A stretch of 39,705 nt of DNA from a virus: IMG/VR virus record IMGVR_UViG_3300025174_000056. One strand, written 5' to 3'. Positions 16,597-24,463 of the stretch are shown in pieces; position 1 is the stretch's first letter; each line of letters starts with the position of its first letter. A model generated the notes under the pieces. It saw only the letters and a program-made list of their open reading frames with translations, did no database searches and had not been told where the DNA came from. A program made the translations under genes and the position numbers.

Positions 16597-17970
16597 GTGG
16601 GCTGGTTTTCTAATTTATTTTCTAGAAAGAAAACTTTAGCAATAGCAGAACCGCAACATAAGCGGTTACGCGCTGGAGTTTCACAAAACATTTCTTATTT
16701 TGGAAATGTTATAGAATCTCTAGAACATAATTCTGAAGTAAAAGGTTCTAAGTGGTATGGCTCGCCGACACAAATAGGTATTGTTCGGCAGATGCTCGTC
16801 GATCCTTATGTTCGAGCATCATTAAATTATAGAATTAATCCACTTCGGGCTGGATTATGGACTATTGAAGCTCCCACTAATAAACCAGAAGATATTGAAT
16901 GCGCTCAATACATTCATTGGAATTTAACAGAACTTTTAGATTTTGATGAAGCTCTTAGAAATACTTGTTTATTTCATCGTGATGGATTTTCATTACAGGA
17001 ATTTACTGATTCGGTAGCAACTTATCCGATAGATCGTTTTCCTTTGCATAAAGGCCGAGGAAATGGAATTTTATTTAATGGAATACATCATATTCCTGCT
17101 TGGACAGTAGATTCTTTTGTATCTAATGCAAATAATGAACGTATTTTAGAATCTTTTTATCAGCATCTAACAAATAGTCCTAATTCGACTAAAGCTCTTA
17201 ATGTAAAGAAGAATTTAATATTAAGAGTTACTCAAGAGCAGGAAGGTGCTATCTTTACTGGTTTTCCAACTGCAAGATCTGCTTTTGGTCCTTGGAAACT
17301 TAAAATTAGATATCTAATCATAGACGCAATTAAACATGAACGTTATGGTTTAGGTACTCCTTGGGGTAAATTACCAGAAGATTATTCTGCATCTGATAGA
17401 GATAATTTTGAGTTAGCGTTAGCTGAACTTAGAATTAACGAGAAAGGGTTTTTAGTAACTCCTTCCGGGTTTGAAGTTAGTTTATTAGAAACTAAACAAG
17501 ATTCTGGAACAGATATAGAACAAGCGATTAACCGACAAAATACGGAGATATTCGTAAATGTTGGAGCACAACATAATTCCTTGGGTTCAGCAAAGTTTGG
17601 ATCGTTTGCACTTGCCGATGTCATACACGGTGGATTCGGTATTAGTGTTATTGGCGACGCTAACTTTATTACTGGTAAGTTCAATTTTGGTGCTGATGGA
17701 TGGTCTCCGATACGACATTTACAAGTAATGAATTATCCAACGGCTAATTGCCCAAAGCTTAAAGTAAGAAATTTACCAATAAAGAATTATGAAGAATCAT
17801 TAAAAACACTAGCAGTTTTAATTGATAGTGGTGTAGTGCGCCGTGGAGAACATCTTGAATCGGCGGCCCTAGAAAAATTAGGTTTACCACTTCCTGAAAA
17901 TGATACTATTATTGGTGAATTTATAAATGATCTTAATAAGAAAAGTGAGCCTGTAAATGAATCTGAATAA
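16597..17970 (+). CDS. Portal protein (Mu gp29 / DUF935-like)
   Basis: 457 aa, GTG start; ERYGLGTPWGK and SLGSAKFGSFALADV motifs; located between terminase and protease. Confidence 0.85.
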   Translation: MGWFSNLFSRKKTLAIAEPQHKRLRAGVSQNISYFGNVIESLEHNSEVKGSKWYGSPTQIGIVRQMLVDPYVRASLNYRINPLRAGLWTIEAPTNKPEDIECAQYIHWNLTELLDFDEALRNTCLFHRDGFSLQEFTDSVATYPIDRFPLHKGRGNGILFNGIHHIPAWTVDSFVSNANNERILESFYQHLTNSPNSTKALNVKKNLILRVTQEQEGAIFTGFPTARSAFGPWKLKIRYLIIDAIKHERYGLGTPWGKLPEDYSASDRDNFELALAELRINEKGFLVTPSGFEVSLLETKQDSGTDIEQAINRQNTEIFVNVGAQHNSLGSAKFGSFALADVIHGGFGISVIGDANFITGKFNFGADGWSPIRHLQVMNYPTANCPKLKVRNLPIKNYEESLKTLAVLIDSGVVRRGEHLESAALEKLGLPLPENDTIIGEFINDLNKKSEPVNESE

Positions 17971-19234
17971 TACACATTGGGCCTGTGAATTTTCTTATCT
18001 TGAAACTTTTATAGGAAATCTTCCTAAAGAAATTTCAAGCCAGGCTCTTAATATTCAAGCTTCTGAAGATACAAAATATCAAGTAATTGGAAATACAGCA
18101 ATTATTCCAATTAAAGGAATGATCTTAAAAACCATTCCTAAATATTTTAAGTATTATAGCATAGTTGCAACTTCAACTGTTGATACTCAAAATCTTTTGA
18201 AGCTCGCTGTTAATGATCCCAATGTTAAAAATATTACTCTAAACATGGATTCTCCAGGTGGGTCTATTTCCGGGCTTCTAGAACTTGTTTCTTATATAAA
18301 AGAAGTAAATAAGAAGAAGCCTATTGAGACTCATGTAGATGGAATGGCTGCTTCAGCCGCATATTGGATTGCTTCTCAAACTAAAAGTATAAAAGCAACT
18401 CAATCATCTACTATTGGATCTATTGGTGTTTATACTGTTCTTCATGATTTCTCAAAGATGTATGGTGACATGGGTATAAAAGCCATAATTATTCGTTCTG
18501 GTGAGCATAAAGGCGTTGGTACACCTGGAGTAGAAATTAGTCTTAATAACATAGATGCTCAACAGGATATTATTAATAATCTCGCAAATCAATTTATGTC
18601 ATCGGTTTCTGATGGTAGAAATATTGATATCGAGAAACTTAAGCCTCTAGCGGATGGTCGCTGGTGGTTAGCAAAAGAAGCACAAAATTTAGGATTAATT
18701 GATTCTATTATAAATGCTTCAATTATACAAGAGGATAGTAAAATGGATGAGAACCAGTTTAATGCGCTAATGCAGGCTGTTACTGGTTTGACGGCGACCG
18801 TCAAAGATGTAGCAGCGCGTGTAGATCAGATTGAGGATTCTTCTAAGAAGAATGAAGCTAAGACTTCTATTCTTGAGCAAGGATTAAAGACTACTGTTGA
18901 AATGTCTAAGGAAGCTTCGATTAATAAGGCTTTAGCTGAAGGTAAGGCTTTTGCTGGAAATATTGAAGCTCTTAAGATGTTTGCTTCTAAGTCTTCGTTA
19001 GAGGAGTTAGATACTTTTATTGCAACCTTACCTAAGGTAACTAAGGAAATACTTGTGGCTGATATTCCAGAAGATAGGCGCCAGATTGAGAATGCTGGAG
19101 ATAAGGAATTTTCTAGTAAGTTTCGTATCTCGATGAAGGATATTGCTTCGGCTGCTGAGATCATTACTATTTCAGCTGATGGCATGGCCACTTTAGCTGA
19201 TGGTACAGTTAAGAAACTATCGGAGGTAATCTAA
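17957..19234 (+). CDS. S49-family head maturation protease with a C-terminal scaffold region
   Basis: MDSPGG, AASAAYWIAS, GSIGV and GEHK motifs; helical C-terminal third. Confidence 0.9.
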   Translation: MNLNNTHWACEFSYLETFIGNLPKEISSQALNIQASEDTKYQVIGNTAIIPIKGMILKTIPKYFKYYSIVATSTVDTQNLLKLAVNDPNVKNITLNMDSPGGSISGLLELVSYIKEVNKKKPIETHVDGMAASAAYWIASQTKSIKATQSSTIGSIGVYTVLHDFSKMYGDMGIKAIIIRSGEHKGVGTPGVEISLNNIDAQQDIINNLANQFMSSVSDGRNIDIEKLKPLADGRWWLAKEAQNLGLIDSIINASIIQEDSKMDENQFNALMQAVTGLTATVKDVAARVDQIEDSSKKNEAKTSILEQGLKTTVEMSKEASINKALAEGKAFAGNIEALKMFASKSSLEELDTFIATLPKVTKEILVADIPEDRRQIENAGDKEFSSKFRISMKDIASAAEIITISADGMATLADGTVKKLSEVI

Positions 19235-19236
19235 CC

Positions 19237-19635
19237 ATGGGTGCTAGAGCATCTAAGGATCTAGGACAATTATTATCATATCCGATGGCAGCTACTACTA
19301 CCATCACGGCTGGTGATTCAGTCATGATTAATAGTGCTGGATATGCCGTTGTTGCCGTTGCTGCTGCAGCAAACAAAGGTTGTGTTGGAGTTGCTGTAGC
19401 AACAGTTGTTAATTCTGGCGCTGCAGGAGCAGCGGAAATCCTTGTTCAAGAAGGTACATATCTATTCGTTGGTGTTGGTCTTACACAATCAGAGATTGGA
19501 GATATTGTATTCTTTTCGGATGCACAAACATTCTCTAATACACAAGCCGCTAATGAGCCTAGAGGTGGAATCTTAGTTAGGTATGTTTCTGCTACTAGTG
19601 GCTGGGTAAAGATGGGCGTGGCGTTAGCCAGCTAA
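19237..19635 (+). CDS. Head decoration / capsid cement protein
   Basis: Ala/Gly/Val-rich 132-aa protein between protease and capsid genes. Confidence 0.72.
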   Translation: MGARASKDLGQLLSYPMAATTTITAGDSVMINSAGYAVVAVAAAANKGCVGVAVATVVNSGAAGAAEILVQEGTYLFVGVGLTQSEIGDIVFFSDAQTFSNTQAANEPRGGILVRYVSATSGWVKMGVALAS

Positions 19636-19657
19636 TTAAGGGAGAAAGGAATAAAAC

Positions 19658-20578
19658 ATGACTACTTTATATACTCCCTCGGTGCTAGCGCGCGGCATTC
19701 GAGGTACGTTTTTTAGAGCATTATCTGGCGCGGAGCGTTCTTCGTTAGTTCCACTAATTGCAGATACTATTCCGTCTGATGGTGCTGATGAAAAGTATGC
19801 TTGGATTGGTGAATCTCCTCAGATGGAGGAATTAGTTGATGAAGTGGCTTATAAGCCTCTCTCGGATACTACTTACACAATCACCAATAAAATCTTTAAG
19901 GCTGGCCTAGCGGTTAGACGTAAAGATCTTGATGATCAGCAATATACTGGAATTACACGACGCATTCAACAGCTTGCTTCTGTGGCCGTTGGTCATAAGA
20001 ATAAGATGTTGATTAATGCTCTTGTAAACGGAACCTCAGCAACATTAGGTCTTTGCTATGATGGCGGAGCATTGTTTGCCAATGCTCATGCTGATCGTGG
20101 TGTCGCCGGTGTTGGTACTCAAGACAATTTGTTAGCGGGTAGTGGTACAACTACTGCTAATCTTCAAACTGATATCAATACTGGTATTCAAACTCTACTT
20201 TCCTTTAAGGCAGAGAATGGAGAGCCATTTATTGAGACCCTTTCTAACATTAAGATTGTTGCGCATCCGTCGTTGCGTAAGTCTTTGTTAGAAGCTCTCA
20301 ATTCACAGTTAATTTCTAACACATCTAATGTCGGGTTTGCTGGATTAAATATTCAACCTGTTTTCAGTGCCAGACTTACTGATCTTGATGATTGGTATAT
20401 GTTAAATATGGACTCGGGAATGGCAAGTTTGCTACTTCAGGATAGAGATCCTCTTGAATTTTCATCGTTAGAAGAAGGTTATGCTGCGATGAATCGAGAG
20501 CAGTTTCTATATGAAGCTCGCTGGCGCGGAAATGTTGGATATCAATTCTGGCAGTCTGCACTCAAGTTTGTTATTTAA
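19658..20578 (+). CDS. Major capsid protein (Mu gpT-like)
   Basis: EKYAWIGESPQMEE, TITNKIF, CYDGGALF..AH and YQFWQ are Mu-like head-subunit motifs; strong RBS and codon bias. Confidence 0.9.
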   Translation: MTTLYTPSVLARGIRGTFFRALSGAERSSLVPLIADTIPSDGADEKYAWIGESPQMEELVDEVAYKPLSDTTYTITNKIFKAGLAVRRKDLDDQQYTGITRRIQQLASVAVGHKNKMLINALVNGTSATLGLCYDGGALFANAHADRGVAGVGTQDNLLAGSGTTTANLQTDINTGIQTLLSFKAENGEPFIETLSNIKIVAHPSLRKSLLEALNSQLISNTSNVGFAGLNIQPVFSARLTDLDDWYMLNMDSGMASLLLQDRDPLEFSSLEEGYAAMNREQFLYEARWRGNVGYQFWQSALKFVI

Positions 20579-20584
20579 TATTTT

Positions 20585-20643
20585 GGGAGCGGAATTGGAG
20601 ATTAGTCTTTAGCCTTTTCTTTCTAGTCTCCAATTCCAATCCC
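20585..20643 (+). other. Long RNA stem-loop after the capsid gene
   Basis: GGAATTGGAGATTAG (20591-20605) pairs with CTAGTCTCCAATTCC (20623-20637), one G-U pair; no U-tract. Confidence 0.7.
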
Positions 20644-20656
20644 TCTAGGAGTTATA

Positions 20657-20899
20657 ATGTTTCATCTTACTTCGCGTGGAGCTAAATTTTTAATTCGGGA
20701 CGGTAAGAGTGGAGAAATGAAGTGCGTAGAGCGTGGTAAGAAGACTTCATTTACCAATCTTAATCCTAGAGATTTTATTTATGATGCTAATGTGCAGATT
20801 GTAGAAGTTGAAGAGCTTTTAGATAAGTTGTCAACAAAGCCTGCTTTAATTTCAAAACCTGCTTCGATTTCAAAACCTATTTCAGTTTCAAATTCCTAA
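20657..20899 (+). CDS. Hypothetical head-associated protein
   Basis: RBS AGGAG; low-complexity Ser/Lys/Pro C-terminus. Confidence 0.7.
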   Translation: MFHLTSRGAKFLIRDGKSGEMKCVERGKKTSFTNLNPRDFIYDANVQIVEVEELLDKLSTKPALISKPASISKPISVSNS

Positions 20900-20919
20900 A
20901 TTTAAGGAGGAAATATTAA

Positions 20920-21375
20920 ATGAGTCTTTATGCGTATCATCATAATGTTTCCTCTAGATTAAATAATATTTATACTGCAGGATTTTCTTCTTCAACACAA
21001 CCAACCATCGAACAAGTCGCTGGCTGGTTGGATGAAGCAGAAGATTTAATAAATTCTACATTAAAAGCTATTGGATTACCCGCGCCATATACCGATGTTC
21101 AAGCTAAACGTATTCTCGGAAAATATGTTACTGATTATGCTGAGGGCCGGGTTAGACGTGTTTTAGCTGCTACTGGTGGTGATGGTAAAAATCAAGATGG
21201 AATTGATCTTCTAAAGGATTTTGAAAAATTTCTATTAGATTTACAAGCTAGACAAGCTTTTTGGGCAGCAATTTTAGCTGAATCTGCTGTAACTGGAACA
21301 ACTGCTGTAAGTGCTCCTGGAGTTGGAGTTAATGCGGCTATTGAACCGTGGTTTACTAGAGATACAAAGTTCTAA
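20920..21375 (+). CDS. Head-tail adaptor (Mu gp36 / HK97 gp6-like)
   Basis: Size, position and the LDEAEDLINSTL..PAPY motif. Confidence 0.7.
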   Translation: MSLYAYHHNVSSRLNNIYTAGFSSSTQPTIEQVAGWLDEAEDLINSTLKAIGLPAPYTDVQAKRILGKYVTDYAEGRVRRVLAATGGDGKNQDGIDLLKDFEKFLLDLQARQAFWAAILAESAVTGTTAVSAPGVGVNAAIEPWFTRDTKF

Positions 21376-21379
21376 ATTT

Positions 21380-21892
21380 ATGATAAAAGGTGCACTTCTA
21401 ATTCAAGATATGTTAGCTTTTCAACGAAGTATTAAAAGACTTCGAAAAGATATGTATGATTTTAGAGTTGCATGGAAAAAAATTCATCCAATATTAATTC
21501 CAGAATTAAAAAAGCAGCATAAATCTGAAGGACAATTAGTTGGTCAAACTTGGGCACCATTAAATAAACAGTACGCAGCTTGGAAAATGCGTCAAGTAGG
21601 AAATAGTTCAGCTAATCTAATTCTTACTGGAAAATTAAAAGATAGATTTACTCCACTATCTATAACTCATACACGAATGCGTATTGGTACTACTGGATTA
21701 AAATATGCGGCCGCTGTTCATTGGGGCGGTAAAATTAAACAGAAAATTGGTCCACCTACTGAAATGCCTAGACGTGCATTTATGCTATGGCGCCCGGCAA
21801 CTGAAGAAATGGTTATTAATATATTAGCAACTTATACAGATACTAATATTAAATTAGCTTTTAGAAAATTTATTAAAAGTAGTATAAAATAA
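21380..21892 (+). CDS. Virion morphogenesis / neck protein (Mu gpG-like)
   Basis: WAPLNKQY, LILTGKL, KYAAAVHWGG and MPRRAFM motifs; start set to ATG 21380. Confidence 0.78.
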   Translation: MIKGALLIQDMLAFQRSIKRLRKDMYDFRVAWKKIHPILIPELKKQHKSEGQLVGQTWAPLNKQYAAWKMRQVGNSSANLILTGKLKDRFTPLSITHTRMRIGTTGLKYAAAVHWGGKIKQKIGPPTEMPRRAFMLWRPATEEMVINILATYTDTNIKLAFRKFIKSSIK

Positions 21893-22371
21893 TGGTAGCT
21901 AGATATATATCCAGAGCTATTGATGTGCTACATACTACTGTAGCTAATAATTATGCTACTTATTTAGCTGCTGTTGAAGTAGATGAAGGTCTAGCTAATA
22001 ATACTATTCCTAGACCAGTAAAATATTATAAAGGTTTAGCTCCAGATCTTAATTTTAATCCAATTGTATTTATCTATGCCGAAACAATAGAGCCTTATGA
22101 TATTAGAGAAAAGATATGGCGTATCGAATGTAAAATGGCTCTCAAGTATAGAGGCACATCTATTGAAGATGGTCAGAAAATGATGGATAGATATGCTTCT
22201 GCTTGTATAGATATGATTTATGCTAATCTATCTTTAGGAAATACAGTTATTGAAGCTATTCCAGGAAAGATAGATACCTTATTCGCTACTATAAATGAAA
22301 GCGATGATTCAGATACACTCTTTATTTTAACTTTCGATATTTCTATTTTATATGATAGAAATGGAGTTTAA
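21892..22371 (+). CDS. Putative tail terminator / completion protein
   Basis: Position between neck gene and tail tube; size. Confidence 0.55.
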   Translation: MVARYISRAIDVLHTTVANNYATYLAAVEVDEGLANNTIPRPVKYYKGLAPDLNFNPIVFIYAETIEPYDIREKIWRIECKMALKYRGTSIEDGQKMMDRYASACIDMIYANLSLGNTVIEAIPGKIDTLFATINESDDSDTLFILTFDISILYDRNGV

Positions 22372-22372
22372 T

Positions 22373-22576
22373 ATGTTTGCATCTAATGAAGATGTTTTTA
22401 TGTTACCTCCAAAGCATCTAAAGGATGCAATATATGGTAATCAAAAATTTATTGGTAATCCTATGCCTATAGCTGAAGTAGATGTTCAAGATCTATTAAA
22501 TATGGGTTGGATTTTATATCAAAATCAAGATCATGAAATAACGGCAGAAGGGCCGGAAATGGAAAGTGAGGAATAA
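22373..22576 (+). CDS. Small hypothetical tail-module protein
   Basis: RBS GGAG; acidic C-terminus. Confidence 0.6.
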   Translation: MFASNEDVFMLPPKHLKDAIYGNQKFIGNPMPIAEVDVQDLLNMGWILYQNQDHEITAEGPEMESEE

Positions 22577-22578
22577 TT

Positions 22579-23760
22579 ATGGGACAAACACCAATTACCG
22601 GCGATGCCGATGTATTCTTTGCAAAGTTAGAATCTACTTATGATATGATTACTAATGATGCAGCAAATATTACTTTTGCTGCTGGAGATGCAATTAGATT
22701 TACAGCTCTTGATTCAGAGCCAGTGCAGGATTGGCATGAAATTAATGAATTTAATGGCTCTCCTTCATTAGAAGGTTTAGTTGAAGGTAAACGCCATGGC
22801 ACGCTATCTGGTACTGCCGGAATTAGAACTAATGCTGCAGGAACTGAAAGCCCATTATCGCCTATTTGGCAAGCAGCTTTAGGTGGCACTGTTGCGATTT
22901 CCGGTGGAATTAGTTGTACTTATGTTATGGTAGCGACTACACCAAAGTCGCTTATGATTCTAAAGCACAATTCTAGAGAATCTAAGACTGAATTATTATC
23001 TGGGTGTTGGATTGCAAATCTAAAGGCAGATATTCCTGGTGAAGGAAATATGCCGTCTGAGGCGTTCGACGGTGGATTTTCTGTTATGTCTTTTATTTAT
23101 GGTAATCCACACGGAGATACATATGCTGGTGGTACTTCACCTCCAGTACTTTTAGCTGATAGACAAAAGCTTAATCCCGTTGGACTAAAGCTTAAGTTTG
23201 GAGCTTTAGATAATGGTGGAGCTGGATTTCTTTGTACGGCATATAATGCAACTACTGGAGTTTTAACTATTACTCCGGCCGTAGGTGCAACTACGTCGGC
23301 CGATGTTATTGCTGCTGTAGTTCCAACTGCAACATTTGATGGAACTATTCAAGGCGGTACTGCTTGTGGACTTTCAATCGGCGGAACTTCTCTCGGATTT
23401 ATTTCTTATAAAGATTCCGTAGTTACTGGAATTGGTCCACTTCTAAAAGAAGCTAATACAGCTAGAGTTTCTGGATTAGAACTTATAGCTCCTCGCCGAG
23501 TTACTGGTGAAATTTTATTCTATTTTAAGGATGAAAACGTAGCTTATTTAGGAGATGCTTGGAATGGTACTACAGCTGAAGTTATAGCTCGAACCGGGCC
23601 TAATATAGCGGGAAGTAGAATTAAATATATTTCTCGTAAAGCCCAGCTTAAGGTTTCTAAGGTAGATGCACCTAAATCTGATGTAGCTACCTGGAATGCA
23701 ACATTTACTGATATGCGATATAGTGCTTCAAACGATGAATACTATATCTTAGAGGATTAA
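22579..23760 (+). CDS. Major tail tube protein with an internal accessory domain
   Basis: 393 aa, Gly/Thr/Ala-rich, precedes chaperone and TMP; no sheath gene is present. Confidence 0.75.
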   Translation: MGQTPITGDADVFFAKLESTYDMITNDAANITFAAGDAIRFTALDSEPVQDWHEINEFNGSPSLEGLVEGKRHGTLSGTAGIRTNAAGTESPLSPIWQAALGGTVAISGGISCTYVMVATTPKSLMILKHNSRESKTELLSGCWIANLKADIPGEGNMPSEAFDGGFSVMSFIYGNPHGDTYAGGTSPPVLLADRQKLNPVGLKLKFGALDNGGAGFLCTAYNATTGVLTITPAVGATTSADVIAAVVPTATFDGTIQGGTACGLSIGGTSLGFISYKDSVVTGIGPLLKEANTARVSGLELIAPRRVTGEILFYFKDENVAYLGDAWNGTTAEVIARTGPNIAGSRIKYISRKAQLKVSKVDAPKSDVATWNATFTDMRYSASNDEYYILED

Positions 23761-23763
23761 AGT

Positions 23764-24114
23764 ATGAGAAAAGCAAAAGGCAGACCGTCTGGAAGTATAT
23801 ATACATTTATTCCTACAGCGTTTGATAATCATAAAGATTCAGATCCTGTAACTTTTCATCTTAAAGCACCTAATGATGCTCAGCGCCGAGATATAGTATT
23901 ATTAGAAGCCAATTCTATGCACGAGCATCTAAAAGCAGTTAAGAAGGCAGTTTTGAATCATGTTATAAAAGTAGAAAATTATCAAGATACTACAGGTCAA
24001 GAAATTAAAGATGCTAAAGATTTATTAACTCATGGTGAAACTCAATTCTTACTTGAGATTTATCAGGAGTTAGTTGATTCAACATCTGTAACTGAAGCAC
24101 AAAAAAAAGAATAA
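23764..24114 (+). CDS. Tail assembly chaperone (gpG-like)
   Basis: Lies between tube and TMP and ends at a slippery A-run (CAA AAA AAA GAA TAA). Confidence 0.8.
   Translation: MRKAKGRPSGSIYTFIPTAFDNHKDSDPVTFHLKAPNDAQRRDIVLLEANSMHEHLKAVKKAVLNHVIKVENYQDTTGQEIKDAKDLLTHGETQFLLEIYQELVDSTSVTEAQKKE
24102..24109 (+). promoter_or_regulatory. Programmed -1 ribosomal frameshift site A AAA AAA G
   Basis: X XXY YYZ heptamer in frame 0, one codon before the stop; the -1 frame is open to 24461. Confidence 0.85.
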
Positions 24115-24461
24115 GCAGGATTGCAAGTCTGCATTTAACTAATCATTCAGCGGTCACTTGGGATTGTAAATCCTGCAAGAAACAAAAGCTTCAAAACGAG
24201 AGAGGTTGTATAGGAAAAGCAGAAAATCCAATCATTACTAAGAATGGATTTAAGTTTGATATTTGTCCTATTAGATATCAATTGAAATATAAAGAAGAAG
24301 TAGAACTTTTTGCATTATGGTTTAACTATAAAAGATTTAAGTGTTTACCGTATTCAGGTGGATTCTTAGAACAAGATCATAGATTCTTAGAGACAGTAAA
24401 TATCTTAGATCCAATATTAGAATATATTCAAGAGATGCAACGAAAGGCTAATGCAGGCTAA
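24102..24461 (+). CDS. gpT part of a gpG-T frameshift fusion (about 232 aa in total), missing from the ORF track
   Basis: -1 frame: RISRIASLHL..WDCKSC..GC..ICPIRY..LPYSGGFLEQD..KANAG*. It has no usable ATG of its own and stops 2 nt before the TMP start. Confidence 0.85.
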   Translation, partial: KKRISRIASLHLTNHSAVTWDCKSCKKQKLQNERGCIGKAENPIITKNGFKFDICPIRYQLKYKEEVELFALWFNYKRFKCLPYSGGFLEQDHRFLETVNILDPILEYIQEMQRKANAG

Positions 24462-24463
24462 TA

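Noticed and set aside
16597-21892. Mu-like transposable prophage
   Set aside because: Only head and neck proteins are Mu-like; no transposase, MuB, Mor/C, gin or contractile sheath is present.
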